This document shows, piece by piece, positions 23,585 to 37,329 of a stretch of 64,000 nucleotides of DNA; the first letter of the stretch is position 1; every line of letters starts with the position of its first letter. The stretch lies in assembly GCF_009914755.1 (NCBI RefSeq), contig NC_060928.1. One strand, 5' to 3'. The notes under the pieces were generated by a model, which was given only the letters and a program-made list of their open reading frames with translations, was not told the origin of the DNA and ran no database searches. The translations under genes were made by a program, and so were the position numbers. Source of the stretch: the human T2T-CHM13v2.0 reference genome, Homo sapiens.

Positions 23585-24649
23585 TAGGCAATACATGTAA
23601 GATGGGATACAGGCAATGGTTTGGCTTTGCAAAACATATGTATTTAAGAAATTCAGTTTTGCTTCAGTTTGATTTTTTTGGCATACTATGTATATATTTA
23701 ACTTTTCTAGGTTTAAAAATCTTTCTTAGTAGCCTTCCTATCTTTCCTACAAAGAAGTAACAAATGCTGCCTTTCTTAGTACTTTTGAATGATATTCTCA
23801 CAACAAGATTATCAGAATTCATTTTCCTAGTATAGAATCCTGAATCAGCAAAATCTGCGACTTTGCTGCATACTTAAAATAGACTGGCATGAATCTAGTA
23901 TGGTATTTCCAGCGTGTTTTCTTTAAAAAAGTCTCTAGGATCTTTAGAATATGACCAACGCATGGAAAGAAAGAATTTGTCTTCCTGACACACTCCATTG
24001 TCTGCTCCCTTTCTATTCCTTTGCCTTTGTGCTTCAAGAAGACATGACTAATGATTTTGAATTACAGCGACCTGGTGACTTGTCTGTGACACAGAAATGA
24101 TGGGCTCCTTCACTAGCTCAGTCTTCACAACTGCCTGGTACTAGTTTCTTCTTAGCCGTTCATAATCAGGATTCAACATTCTTTGAGATACTCTTAAGTC
24201 TCTAGATAACCCATTTAATACAGACAGCTGTTGAAAATTGGGAGAGGATATTGCCATGTGGTAGAAACTACCACTTCTTTGGTAAATAGAAGAAAGCTGG
24301 GTTTCAAGGCGCCTTGGGAAAACAATTCAACGACAAAAGAAAAACAAAAAGAACCAAGGTAGAGGAGTGGTCATTTGTTTTATTTCTGAAATGCTCTTTT
24401 TTGCTGAAGTGGCAGTGTTCTCCTCTTTCTAAAACTTTTCTCTATGAATACTGGTGGCTTTGTGGCTTGTGTGTGCACACACGTGAATATGCACATGTGT
24501 TTTTTGCTTGTGATTTTGCCTCTAACTCATCGTCTCCAACTGCAAAGGTTAATGCTTTGGGCTGCTTTCAGAGTTTTTGCTCTTTGAAGAGAAAAATAAC
24601 TATGGGAGAACGTGTCCAAATGCTGTGGATATTTACTGTTCTGTCTGTT

Positions 24650-25125
24650 TAATATCCATGGGTGCTTTCCCATAGCCCCTAAATTTCCTTTTGTGGAATT
24701 TACCCTCTTTCATTGATTGTATTCTTGATGTGATGATACATCATTTTCTCCATTATGGGAGCCCAATGAGTTCTTGGAGCCACTACAGCTCTTTTGACCA
24801 GATCCATTCTCTGCAATTGATTATAGCTAAGTAGTAAGTTAGTATATGCCATAAGCTCAACCAATCAGATTTTTTCTCCTGGAACTTTGAGAGATTCAAC
24901 ATCTGAAAACATGGTTTGTGTTCATTCATCCTAACTCTAGCACTCTGATCATCTAACTGAATAGTTGTCCTTCCTTAGTTGTTCTTGTTCTGTTTAAGAC
25001 TATGTATGTGTGGTCTAGTTTTCTGATCTATACAATGGTTTCATGAGCTACTCAATTTCTTTCCAGTAAATTTACTTTTGCTTACCTCTAGCAGTATAGG
25101 TTTTTATTGTTTGCAACTACAACAA
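24650..25125 (+). mobile_element. Probable LTR33-type ERVL LTR
   Basis: caaccaatcagatttttctcctggaactttga and 3' cagtaaatttacttttgctta...ttgtttgcaac. Confidence 0.55.
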
Positions 25126-26324
25126 ACAAATGAAGCAAAAAGAAAAAAATCCTGAGGGATATTCATCATAAGTCATTTCTGGAATAAGGCTATTAAGTAT
25201 AAACATAAGCTTTGAGCATATTGTGTTTTTTCAGTAGTTGGAGGTATTATTAATCCTGAACATCCCTTTGTAAGACAGCTATAAAGAGAATTCCCCAACA
25301 GAGATCTTAATTCTCCCTGGGACAGAGTTCCTAGGTGAAGAGGCAGACTGCCATCTTTGCTGTTAGGGCAACTCAACCACTCCAGCCTACAGGCTTTGGA
25401 GAGTCCAAATTGAGTGGAGAGAGAAGGAATCCCCCAGAACAGCACAGCTGCTCTACCAAAATGTAGCCAGACTGTTTCTTTCAGCGGGTCCCTGATCTAT
25501 TGCTCCTCATGGGGTGGGATTTCCCAAGTCAGGCCTCCAGCCACTACTGCAGGTACTCTCTGGCCAACAGAGGCTTGAAAACTTCCTGGTACAGAGCTCC
25601 CAGAGGAAGGGGTGGGCCGCCCTCTTAGCTGTTTGGGTGACTTAGCCATTCCACCTCCAGGCTTTGGAGAGCCCAAGCCCATCAGAGGTGGAAGCAGTAC
25701 TCGAGCACAGCAGAGCCACTCTACAAAAGCATGGCCAGACTGCTTCTTTAAGCAGGTCTCCAATCCCATTCCTCCTTACTGGGTGAGACCTCCTAACTGG
25801 GGTCTCTAGTCACCTCCTACAGGTGCATTTGGGCCAGCAACATGTCCATACCTCCCTGGGGTGGAACTCCCAGAGGAAGGGGCAGGCTGCCATCTTTACT
25901 GTCTCATAGCCTTCACTGGTGATACCTCCAGCTACTGGAAAATCCAAGGTTACTAGGGACTGGAGCAGACTCCAGCAAACCCCACAGCAGCCCTATAGAA
26001 AAGTAGCCAGACTGTTAAAAGAAGAAAAGAAAAAACCCATCCACCCATCCAAAGGTCAGCAATCTCAAAGACTGGAGGTAGATAAGTCCACAAAGATAAG
26101 AAAGAATCAGCACAAGAATGCTAAACTCAAAAAGCCAGAGTGCCCTCTTTCCTCTAAATGACTGCATCATCTTTCCAGCAAGGGTTCCAAACAGAGCTGA
26201 GGCTGAGATGGCTGAAATGACAAAAGAAGAATTCAGAATATGGATAAAAACGGAAGTCACTGAGCTGAAGGAACACATTGTAAGCCAATGCAAGGAAGCT
26301 AGAAATCATGATAAAACATTTCAG

Positions 26325-26653
26325 GGTTGGGTGCGGTGGATCACACCTGTAATCCTAGCACTTTGGGAGGCCAAGGTGGGCAGATTGCCTGAGCTCAGGA
26401 CTTCGAGACCAGCTTGAGCAACATGGTGAATCCTCTTCTTTACTAAAAATACAAAAAACAAACAAACAAACAAAAAAAAGAAAACAAAAATTAGCCTGGA
26501 GTGGTGGCACATACCTGTAATCCCAGCTACTCGAGAGGCTGAGGCAGGTGAAATCACTTGAACCTGGGAAGCAGAGGTTGCAGTGAGCCGAGATTGTGCA
26601 CTCCAGCCTGAGTGACAGAGTGAGACTCTGTCTAAAATAAACAAATTAAATTA
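26325..26653 (+). mobile_element. AluS inserted in L1 ORF1
   Basis: Full dimer with (CAAA)n-expanded linker; flanks aaaacatttcag / aataaatttcag. Confidence 0.95.
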
Positions 26654-26945
26654 AATAAATTTCAGAAGCTGACAGACAAAATAGGCAGTATGGAGAAGAA
26701 TGTACTGACCTGACAGAGCTGAAAAGCACACTACAAAAATTTCATAATGCAATCACAAGTATTAGCAGCATAATAGACCAAGTGGAGGAAAGAATCTCAG
26801 AGCTTGAAGACCATCTTTCTGAAATAAAACAGGCAGAGAAAAAAGAATGAAAAGGAATGAACAAAACTTCTGAGGAATATAGGATTATGTAAAACAACTG
26901 AATCTATGACTGATAGGTGTATCCAAAAGAGATGGGGGAGAACGA

Positions 26946-27243
26946 GGCCGGGCGCAGTGGCTCATGCCTGTAATCCCAACACTTTGGGAGGCTGAGGTGG
27001 GTGGATTGTTTAAGGTCAGGAGTTAGAGACCAACCTGGCCAACATGGTGAAACCCATCTCTACTAAAAATACAAAAATTAGCCAGGTGTGGTGGCAGGCG
27101 CCTGTAATCCCAGCTACTCAGGATGCTGAGGCATGAGAACCGCTTGAACCCAGGAGACAAGAGGTTGCAGTGAGCCGAGATTATGCCACTGCACTCCAGC
27201 CCGGGAGATAGAGCAAGACTCAGTCTCAATAAATAAATAAATA
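26946..27243 (+). mobile_element. AluS inserted in L1 ORF1
   Basis: ggccgggcgcagtggctc... full dimer with (TAAA)n tail. Confidence 0.95.
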
Positions 27244-29385
27244 AAAAGAGAAATGAAGAGAATGGAACCAATTTGGAAAATGTATTTCAGGATATCATCT
27301 ATGTGAACTTCCCCAACCTAGCTAGAGAGGCCAATATTCAAACTGAGAAAATGCAGAGAACCCCAATAAGATACTCCTCGAGAAGATCATCCCGAAGACA
27401 CATAATCATCAGATTCTCCAAGATAAAAATGAAAGAAAATATGTTAAGGGCAGCCACAGGCAAAGGCCAGGTCACCTACAAAGGGAAGCCCATCAGACTA
27501 ACAGAGGACCTCTCAGCAGAAACCCTATAAGCCAAAAGAGATTGGGGGCCAATATTCAACATCTTTAAAGAAAAGAATTCCAACCCAGAATTTCATATCC
27601 GGCCAAACTAAGCTTCATAAGCCAAGGGAAAATAAGATCGTTTTCAGACAAGAAAATGTTGAGGGAATTTATTACCACCAGATCTGCCTTACTAGAGATC
27701 TTGAAAGGAGCACTAAATGTAGAAAGAAAAAACACGCTACCAGCTAATACAAATACACACTTAAACACACATACCAGTGTCACTATAAAGCAACCGCACA
27801 AACAGGCCAATATAATAACCAGCTAACACCTCAAAAAGCTTATCTACCACCATCAAGTAGGCTTTGTCCCTGGGATGCAAGGTTGGTTCAACATATACAA
27901 ATCAATAAATGTGATTCGTCACATAAACAGAACTAAAGACAAAATAACATGATAATCTCAATAGATGCAGAAAAGGCATCTATTTTGATAAAATTCAAAA
28001 TCTGTTTATGTAAGCACTCTCAATGAACAAGGTATTAAAGGGACATACCTCAAAATAATAAAAGCCACATATGACAAAACTCACAGCTAACATTATACTG
28101 AATGGGCAAACGACGGAAGCATTCCCCTTGAAAACCAGCACAAGACAAGAATGCCCTCTCTCATCATTCCTATTCAACATAATATTGGAAGTTCCGGCCA
28201 AAGCAATCAGGCAAGAGAGAGAAATAAAGGGCATTCAAATATAAAGAGAGGAAATCAGATTATCCTTGTTGGTAGATGACATAATTCCATATTTAGAATA
28301 CCCCATCATTTCAGCCCCAAAGCTTCTTAAGCTCATAAGCATATTCAGCAAATAATCAGGATACAAAATCAATGTGTAAAAATTGCTAGCTTTCTTATAC
28401 ACCAACAACAGTCAAGCTGAGGGTTAAATCAGAAATGAATTCCTATTTACAATTACCACAAAAAGAATAAAATATCTAGGAATAAAGCTAACTAGGGAGG
28501 TGAAAAATCTCTACAAGGAGAACTACAAACCACTGCCCAAAGAAATCAGAGATGACACAAACAAATGAAAAAACATTCCAAGCTCATGGACAGGAAGAAT
28601 CAATACATTTAAAATGGCCATAGTCCCCAAAGCAATTTATAGTTTCAATGCTATTTCCATCAAACTATGATTGACATTCTTCACAGAACTAGAAAAAACT
28701 ATTTTAAAATTCACATAGAACCCAAAAAGAGCCCTAATAGCCAAGACAATCCTAAGCAAAAATAACTCATCTGGAGGCATCCTGCTACCTGATTTCAAAT
28801 GATACCTCATGGCTATAGTAACCAAAACAGCATTGTACTGATACAAGAACAGACACATGGACCAGCGGAACAGAATAGAGAATCCAGAAATAAGACCATA
28901 CACCTACAACTATCTGATCTTTGAAAAACCTGACAAAAACAGGCAATGGGGAAAAGATTCCTTACTCAATAAATGGTGCTAGGAAAGGTGGCTAGCCATA
29001 TGCAGAAGATTGAAACTGGACCCAACTTACACCATATGCAAAAATTGACTCAAGGTGGGTTAAAGAGTTAAATGTGAAACCAAAAACTATAAAAACCCTA
29101 GAAGACTACCTATCCAAACCCTCCTGGACATTGGAATGAGCAAAGGTTTCATGACAAAGACACCAAAAGCAATTGCAACAGAAGCAAAAAATGACAAATG
29201 GGACCTAATTAAACTTAAGAGCTTCTGCACAGCACAATAAACTATTAACAGAGTAAATAGGCAACCTACAGAATGGGAGAATATTTTTGCAAACTACCTA
29301 TCTGGCAAAGATCGAATATCCAGCATCTATAAGGTACTCAAACAAATTTACAAGAAAAAAAACAACTCCATTAAAAACTGGGCAA

Positions 29386-29445
29386 GGCCAGGCACAGTGG
29401 CTCACCCCTGTAATCCCAGCACTTTAGGAGGCCTAGGCTGGCAGA
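29386..29445 (+). mobile_element. Alu 5' fragment (~60 nt)
   Basis: ggccaggcacagtggctcacccctgtaatcccagcactttaggagg..., then an abrupt switch to unrelated DNA. Confidence 0.9.
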
Positions 29446-30082
29446 CCCAGAGGTAGGGTGCTCCAGTGTAAGCCACTCTTCTGGCTTTATGTCAACTTGA
29501 ACCTAGTAAGTCTCATTACCTACATAAAATCTACTCACACCAATGTGTGTCACCAATATAAAACTTCTTAAAGATGTGTTAGAGAGTAAATGGAGGATTT
29601 TATATTGGATATCTTCAACTTAGCCTTATATATATTTTCTAGAGGTCTCCTATCTCAAACCCCCTTTTTTGTTCTTTCTCTGACAATATTTGTCTATTCC
29701 CCTGTCTTGCCATCAAATGTCTTCCTTGAGATTTCTCCTCCTCTCACCTGGTGTTTTCAAAATAATCACTATTCCATATTTGCTTTAGCTTACCCATTAC
29801 TGTTTTTAACTAGCAAATAACCTTATGACTGTAGGATCCATCATCCTTAGAAGACAATGAAGGTGTATGAAAATGTTCGTGGTAACAATGAGGATATTTG
29901 ATGTGGGTCTCAGCCTGTACCTAAAATTTTCCAGTTAACGTGGGTCTACAGAATTCTTATAACCTCCTTGAATTTTATTTTACCCAAGCTAACCTAGACC
30001 TACTTCCTTTGAGGTTCTGTTGTGAAAATAAACTATGAGTGTTGTAAAACACTGCATGTCATAGATATGTAAGAAAATAAAA

Positions 30083-30170
30083 CTTGCCCACTTTTTAATG
30101 GACTGGTTTTTTTTTTGTTGTACATTTGTTTAAGGTCCTTGTAGATGCTAGATATTAGGCCTTTGTCATA
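30083..30170 (-). mobile_element. Isolated 88-bp L1 ORF2 fragment
   Basis: Reverse complement aligns with 29301-29386 (about 15 mismatches by manual alignment). Confidence 0.85.
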
Positions 30171-30584
30171 TGTATGTCATGGATGTGTTGGAAAGTAAAA
30201 TAAAATAAAATAAGTGGTGGTTTGAGCTAGTCAACTGTAAGTTATCTCAAGATGTTATTTGCTAAAGTGAATCATTACATAAAAGAGAGTGAGGAGAAGT
30301 AAATGACAAGAGAGCACCAAAACTAAGAAATTCATCGCTAAGAATTTCAAAGCAACCATCTTTGCCTTGTGAAGTTAGATGCTTTCTTAGCACTGCTGAG
30401 TAACCTGATATTCTCATTCCAGAGTATTCATTTGGATCACAGCATGGTATAATCAAATACTGTTACCCATGGTCACTTTTTCCTAATTGTTCAGTGGAAC
30501 CCAGTCTAGAAAGATGAGATTACAGGCAGGGAGGCAAACTCATGACACTAAAAATGCTCCATTATAACAAGCACTCTTCTAAAC

Positions 30585-30585
<1 letters not shown>

Positions 30586-30631
<46 letters not shown>
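30586..30631. repeat. (CA)n microsatellite
   Basis: Pure CA run of about 22 units. Confidence 0.98.
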
Positions 30632-30633
<2 letters not shown>

Positions 30634-33600
30634 GCACATACATTCCTTTAGTTTAAGAAAACCTGCTCACCTTGGAGTCTTTTTCCAGTAGTTGATTTTG
30701 ATAAAAGAGAATGCTTCTATTCTTTCTGAAGACTTTTTGTCCAGAAGAGTTGGCTTTCTCAAGAACAAGCCAAAACTCAGCATAGGACTTACTTACCTTA
30801 AAATCCAGTTGAAGATCCTTGAGATGTAGTGTGTTGGGCTGTCTCTGGGGTAACAGATATTCCCCTTCACTCTTAGCAGTTCCAAAATCAGATTCATTAA
30901 GAAAGTAAGCATGGGTAAAAGCTGTGTGGTTTCCCTGCCACCGCATTTGGTGTCAGACAACTAGAGCGTCTAGAGCTAACAAATACACAAGAGTTGGTCA
31001 CAGTTCATTACACTGCCTTGTCATGGGGTGTTCATATTAGCAGTCACCTCTAAGCAATCTATTTCATCTGAAGCAAGCTTAATGAAGTGTTAATATATGT
31101 TATTATTACATTGAAACTATAGGCAATGTTCCTCATATCTGTGCTGACCTAAGACAGTAAAACATCAGGCATTTACTAATCTGTAAGACAAAAATTCTAT
31201 GAGAACCAGTTGCTTTATATGAAATAATGATTGTAGTAACCTATGGCCCCAATATGGAGAATAAAACAAAAATCTTTGCCTAAACTTAATCCTACATAGA
31301 ATTTCCCAGAAGGCATGTCTAAATAGACCAGGACATTTTTTTCAATTACCCTTCCCCAACTTGACAGGCTAAACCTTGCCCTACATAACAGGTCTGTGTA
31401 ATGCATAACAGAACTCTGCCTTTGTATATTTAAATCTGGAGGCTACACAGCCATCTATCATTTGTGCAAGCAAGACTTTCAGTGTAAGATGCTGGGGAGT
31501 CATGTGAGGAGAGACCTGGCTGCTTCCTCCCCACTGTCGTGACCTACCGCCCCAGAGCCACCAGATCCCCTGAGGGTGTTGTCAACACTAATTGACAGAA
31601 AGACTAAGACAAAAACGTGGCTCCCACATGGTGAAGTTACTTACATTTGTGACTTCAAGTTCAAACAATTCAGCCTTGCCACATTTTCAAAGAAGGGACA
31701 CGTTGCCCTCCTGAATTTTCATTAAATGACAATATTTGAAAATATATATTTAAGCCCTAAGGGAGTATTCAGGCAAAAATCAATTTAAGAAGTAACTAAG
31801 ATATGCCTCGTATGCAACTAAAAGTTAGATGAGAAGGCCAGTCATTCCCTTCTTTCCCAATTCCCACTGCATTACAATTTCTAAGTACATAGACTTGAAC
31901 TTGAAGCAATCCAATGGACATGTCCAGTTTAGCCAATTATTATAGTTTCCTAATGTCCTCAGAGATTCTGATGATTAGAATCAGGAGAGGGTCACTCCCG
32001 AGCTTACAAGCAGCAAGTGTTTTTTTAAACTGGAGCCACTGCTAACACGAAAGATTTTCTTTGCTTCATATTGGCAAACATGTAACACGTTCCTATGTGG
32101 TATGAACGTTTCAGAAAAAAAAAAATAAATGTACAACATGAGAAACTGCCAGCACATACCCTTAAATGTGCTTAAAAGACAATAGCATGTTTTTCTGTTG
32201 CTTTCTGAATTAACCCTGAATTGAAAAACCTAAGTTTCTTCTGACAGCATGAGTCACTCATGTAGTATCCCTTCTTCCCACCCCTCTTTGGCAGAAGAGA
32301 AGAGCTAGTAAAGCACAGTGATACTTAAGGATCAACATGGACAAATTGGCCTGAGGATTAGATACAAATGGTTACACGCAGATGATGATGATGCTGGCAC
32401 AAGGAGATCTTTCATTCTAATTTTAGGCACTGAATTTGGTTTACTGAAATGAAGGGTTTTAGGCATCACATATTCAATATATTTTAATCTTTCTGGGGAG
32501 CGTTTTCCAAACTCACTTTTTAGTGTGGGGTACAGGGGAGTGATAGGGAACTTTTGCTGAGTTGCCAGCCCATAGGTTCCTATACTCAGCCATTCTGGTG
32601 TCTCTGACTGCAAACTAGGCTTGAATGCAGTTGCTGTGGAATGCACTAATTAATTACATTTACTTTACATAATTGGCATTACAGCTTTTGAACAAAAATG
32701 CAAATTTATGGAAATTGGTTGAAATACTTACGCAAAATAAAATAAAAATGGACCCCTAAATTATTGAAAAAAAAAGGTAGTTTTAATTGAACAGCTAAAA
32801 GATTTGTACTTCGTTATATGATTACATCTAGTAAACTCAATTTAAAAAGTAAGTTCATTTGCTTTTATCTAACCCTTCCATATCTCGCTCAGTGTTGTTG
32901 GTATAATTATCACCAATAAAGGGCCAATCTTATTTTCTATCTCTTTTAGCATCAAGCGTTAGTTCTGTAAACAGAAATGGAATATGTTATTCTATTGAAC
33001 AGAGCCTCGTGCATTACAAATTAGGAAGCACTGGGCCAAAGACTGGCAAAGCAACCAATTATTGCTTGAAGGGGACATGATGCAGTACCCTTCTTGTGTT
33101 TTTCAGGGAGAATGACTTTGCTGTCGAACAAGCCTTTCCACAAAGGATCATTGCAACATTGCAAGGCAGTTGTAAGGTAGATGGCTTTGCAATCAATAGA
33201 ATATATCTGGCAAGGGTGGCAAGGAATGGGTAATGCAGATGAATATGCAGTTAGTGGTGCCATAAAAAGAGTATTAAGATGCTCATGACATAGGAGTGAA
33301 TAGCAGTAAATGGGTACTTAATACAAAATGTGTCAAGAAATGTGAAATACAGATGGGTAAACCCTAAATGACAAAAGTGAGAAATAAAACATTGCCAAGT
33401 TAAGTGACATAGACATTTATGCACAATTAACTAGCTGTTAATTATTGATGGACAACTCCCAAAATTCAGAGTGCCAGCTTAATATACATTCAGCTAATCA
33501 AGAACTTATACTGACCTCCAAATTCCAAGGGTATGAAAGTAATTTAACAGGATCCCAATAATTATGATTATATTTTAAATTTCTTATTCAGTATGTTTTT

Positions 33601-34639
33601 TCTTGGAGGGTGTGGGGTATTGTGGAGCAGATTTAGGGTGGCCTTACTTTTCTGGTGCTATTTTAGGACTTCTACTTGGGTAATTATTTCTTAAAACATC
33701 CTTGGGATTTCAATTGAATATTTCATTCTCTTTAGGTTCCTATGATAAAATGTAATGGGGATGTTGCCTGAGACTATTTAAAGCTTGTCAACCACTCATC
33801 AGGAGACAGTAGGTGAACTGATCTTTATAAATAGAGGGCTACATTCTCACACCTTGTTTCTTTGGAGTGACAAGTAGCTAATGGACAAATCTCCTCTAGC
33901 AATCTGAAATGGATAAATGAAATAAGTAAGCCTTAAAAACTATTACCTGAGATATTCAGACTTTTAAAGCCAAAATGGGGCTGTGATCTTATTATTTCCA
34001 TTTTCCATTTTCTGTGAGATGATAGACAATATCTTCTGTTTTCCTCTTTGTTTTTTAATTTAATGCACTGCACGTTTCTTTTATTCCTACTATGTGCAAA
34101 ATAGTACCTCAAGCCCTGAGGAGAAACACAGAAATATAATTCTTGCTCTTCCATGCAGACATAAACAAAATACAAAAGAACACGCACTGTGTGGAAAAGG
34201 TTATAATAAAAGGAGAAAATAATCAAGTTTAAAGATAATTAACTTGGCTGGTGCTAGACGAGATGTATGACAAATCTGACGTAAAGGTTCATCTCTCCTA
34301 GTTAGTGATTAATATCATATATTTCACTTCCTTGTGCTGTGGTAGAAGGCATTGAAATAATTATAGCACATTCTCTTCCTCTCTTCTTCGTGTCTCTCAT
34401 CATTCATTATTCATCCCTATGTTAAAACTATTTGGTTCGTCCATGCAAGATTTCTAAAACTTTTGTCTGCCCCAGTGGGGAGGAGTGCAAGTTCAGAAAG
34501 ATATGCTAAAAACTATTGAGTTGTTCAATTCAAATGGGTGAACATTATGGTACATAAATTAGATCTCACTAAACAAACTAAAACACTAGGCTAACTAGCA
34601 AATTCATACTAATAAAATCATCAACATGATTAGAGTCTG

Positions 34640-35215
34640 AGCTCACTCATTCATTCACAAAGTCATTAAGTATATTGTTCATCAAATAGTTGGTTCAATG
34701 TTGGAATTACACTGATGAATATGAATCAGTCCCTACCCGCAGCCCTTAATGTGGGAAAAAAGACAGATGTGCAAAAACACCATTGAGCATACCCAGAAGG
34801 GTGCTGAGTGTGACAAAAGGAAAAAGTTTTAGGATCTGAAATTGGAGGTTTCAGGATGCAGGGTGGTGGTAGGGAGGGGGTGGCGCTGAGAGTGGTGGGA
34901 TGGTCAGAAGCAGAAGTATGAAAGAGGAAATCTTGGGGAAGGTGAGTGCCGAGCTATGGTTTGACAAATAGACATTTTTGGACAAAGGTATGTACGTTTG
35001 GATTGAGAGATTCTATATCAAACACAACAGACATGGAGGCATTAACCATAATGGGAAAACTCAAAGATACTAAATATTTTTAGATTATAAAGTTCCAGGA
35101 GATAAGCAAGTGGAGACAGTGGTCTAGTCATAAAATATTTTGCATGCCAGAGCAGTTAAGTTTGAACTTTTTCACCTGTTGGCAAGAGGAAGTTAAGAAA
35201 TTTCTGATGTGGTTC
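34640..35215 (-). mobile_element. L2 3' fragment
   Basis: ctcactcattcattcac tail, cagtccctaccc, gagctatggtttgac, ttttgcatgccag...gtttgaacttt. Confidence 0.6.
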
Positions 35216-35689
35216 TCCCAAAGGACGATTTCATTCAGTTTTGTTTGCTTGTTTAATACTTCATACACCTACACGATGGGCTTGGTTAGGAACCTGTGGT
35301 GAACAAAAGAGAAAGTTTTTTGTTTGTTTGTTTGTTTGTTTTTTAAATCAAATCTTCCAATTGTTGTCCTTTTCCTATTTTGAAAAAAAGAAGAAATAGG
35401 TTAGATTTTTGTTTCTCTTCTCCTTGCCAACTCCAGAGTTCTGCCTTTAATTAATTAACTGATCAATACAATTTTTAAGTTAAATATCTCTATTCTCAAT
35501 AACAGCAGGGAAAATGTTCTTTTGTAATCTTTATTAATATCAACAGAAAGCATCAATTCATAAAGAAGAAAATTTTCAGAACACACTAAATTTTGTCAGT
35601 TCAGAATAAGTAAGTTACAAAAAAAGTTCAGGTATTTTAACCTAGGAATAAAAAAAATGATACATGATACATTTGTATATTTCTTTCTT

Positions 35690-35875
35690 TGCACCATAAA
35701 ACTTCAATGAACTCATATGAGAATCCTATGTAAACCATTTATTAACTCCACAAGCTATATCAATATACTAGGTCCAGTAGAGATTAGGACACTTGCCACA
35801 TGCCTCACAACTCTTTTTTGAGTACGGCTGGGTTTTGACAGATTGTCTCCTAATTCTAACTCAAGGCTCATCCAC
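35690..35875 (-). mobile_element. Degenerate MIR
   Basis: agagattaggacacttgccacatgcctcacaact...ctaactcaaggctc. Confidence 0.5.
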
Positions 35876-36008
35876 CAAAGACATGATACTCACATTCCAT
35901 CCTCTGTGCTTCAGAAATCCCACCGGCAAAAAGCCAGAATGAAGACAGATTAGAAGCATATTATTATTGGAATTAAAAGAACATTTAAATTTTGGTAAAT
36001 ACTTGTAA

Positions 36009-36339
<331 letters not shown>

Positions 36340-36487
36340 TTAAGTGCCTCTTTATAGGACATATCTCCTTACAGCAAGATTCAAAAGTTTCCAAATTGAT
36401 TTTATTATGTTGATATTTCTATAGAATAAAAAGGGGGACACTCAAAAACTTTAATACTTTTTGTAAGTAATCTAATAGCCCTAAACA

Positions 36488-36491
<4 letters not shown>

Positions 36492-36524
<33 letters not shown>
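36492..36524. repeat. (CA)n microsatellite
   Basis: Pure CA run. Confidence 0.97.
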
Positions 36525-36527
<3 letters not shown>

Positions 36528-36609
36528 GTGCCAAAAAATACTGTATTGACTCTCAGGAGGCGTGTGTACTGGACCAAGAGTGGGGTCTCAAAATAGAGTC
36601 ACCCAATGC

Positions 36610-36790
36610 CTTATTGTGTTTTTCATATTTGAGCCCATGTCAGTTCCAATCACTGTGCTAAATGCCTTATATAAATGTAATCTCATGAATATCCTACAAT
36701 AATAGGGAGTTGCTGTGAAAGTATAAATAGTAAATGTTGATTTTGAAATAATGTCTGTCTGATTCAAGAACTCATGCACTTAATCCTGAA
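36610..36790 (-). mobile_element. MIR fragment
   Basis: cactgtgctaaatgccttatataaatgtaatctcatgaatatcctacaa...gtctgtctgattcaaga. Confidence 0.6.
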
Positions 36791-37329
36791 ATCATGAATA
36801 CCGAAATTTCAGTATTAAGGTTCAAATGTCTTCCCAACCAAAGCACCTAGATGAGTATTGCAGGAAAGGTAATGACTAGACTTCCACAAACTATTATATT
36901 TAGAGTTGATTGTCGTATAAATAGTAAAGCAAATGATTAAAAACTGAAGATATGAAACAGGAACTCCTTATTCCACTGACTTATTCTCATCCCCACTCTC
37001 ATCAGGTAATTACTGTAAAGCATTATTTCAGAACAAATAGGGACCACTAATTGTACAAAATATTTATCAACATTAAACAGATCTTTTGATTTTTAATTTG
37101 AATAAGGTATTTTTCAGTTATACCACCCTTATTTCTTCTCTATTCAACCATGTTCTTTCAGCAGTACCATAACTGTCACATTATCAAGGTTTGCAAATAT
37201 AATTATAACATCTAGCTTAGTTTTACTGTGAACTTAAAGCTTCATACAAAATAAGTCTATTAAACACACACATACACACAAAAATACATACATGCACACA
37301 AAACAACATACAGTGCACCATCACAAATT

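Larger units (their letters stand above)
25295..29385 (+). mobile_element. L1PA11-13-like LINE-1, truncated at both ends, endonuclease region deleted, two Alu insertions
   Basis: 5'UTR repeats. ORF1 peptide ENVFQDII...PNLAREANIQ...GQVTYKGKPIRLT (27273..27530). Jump at ~27830 into the RT region. Ends at an Alu head at 29386. Confidence 0.9.
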
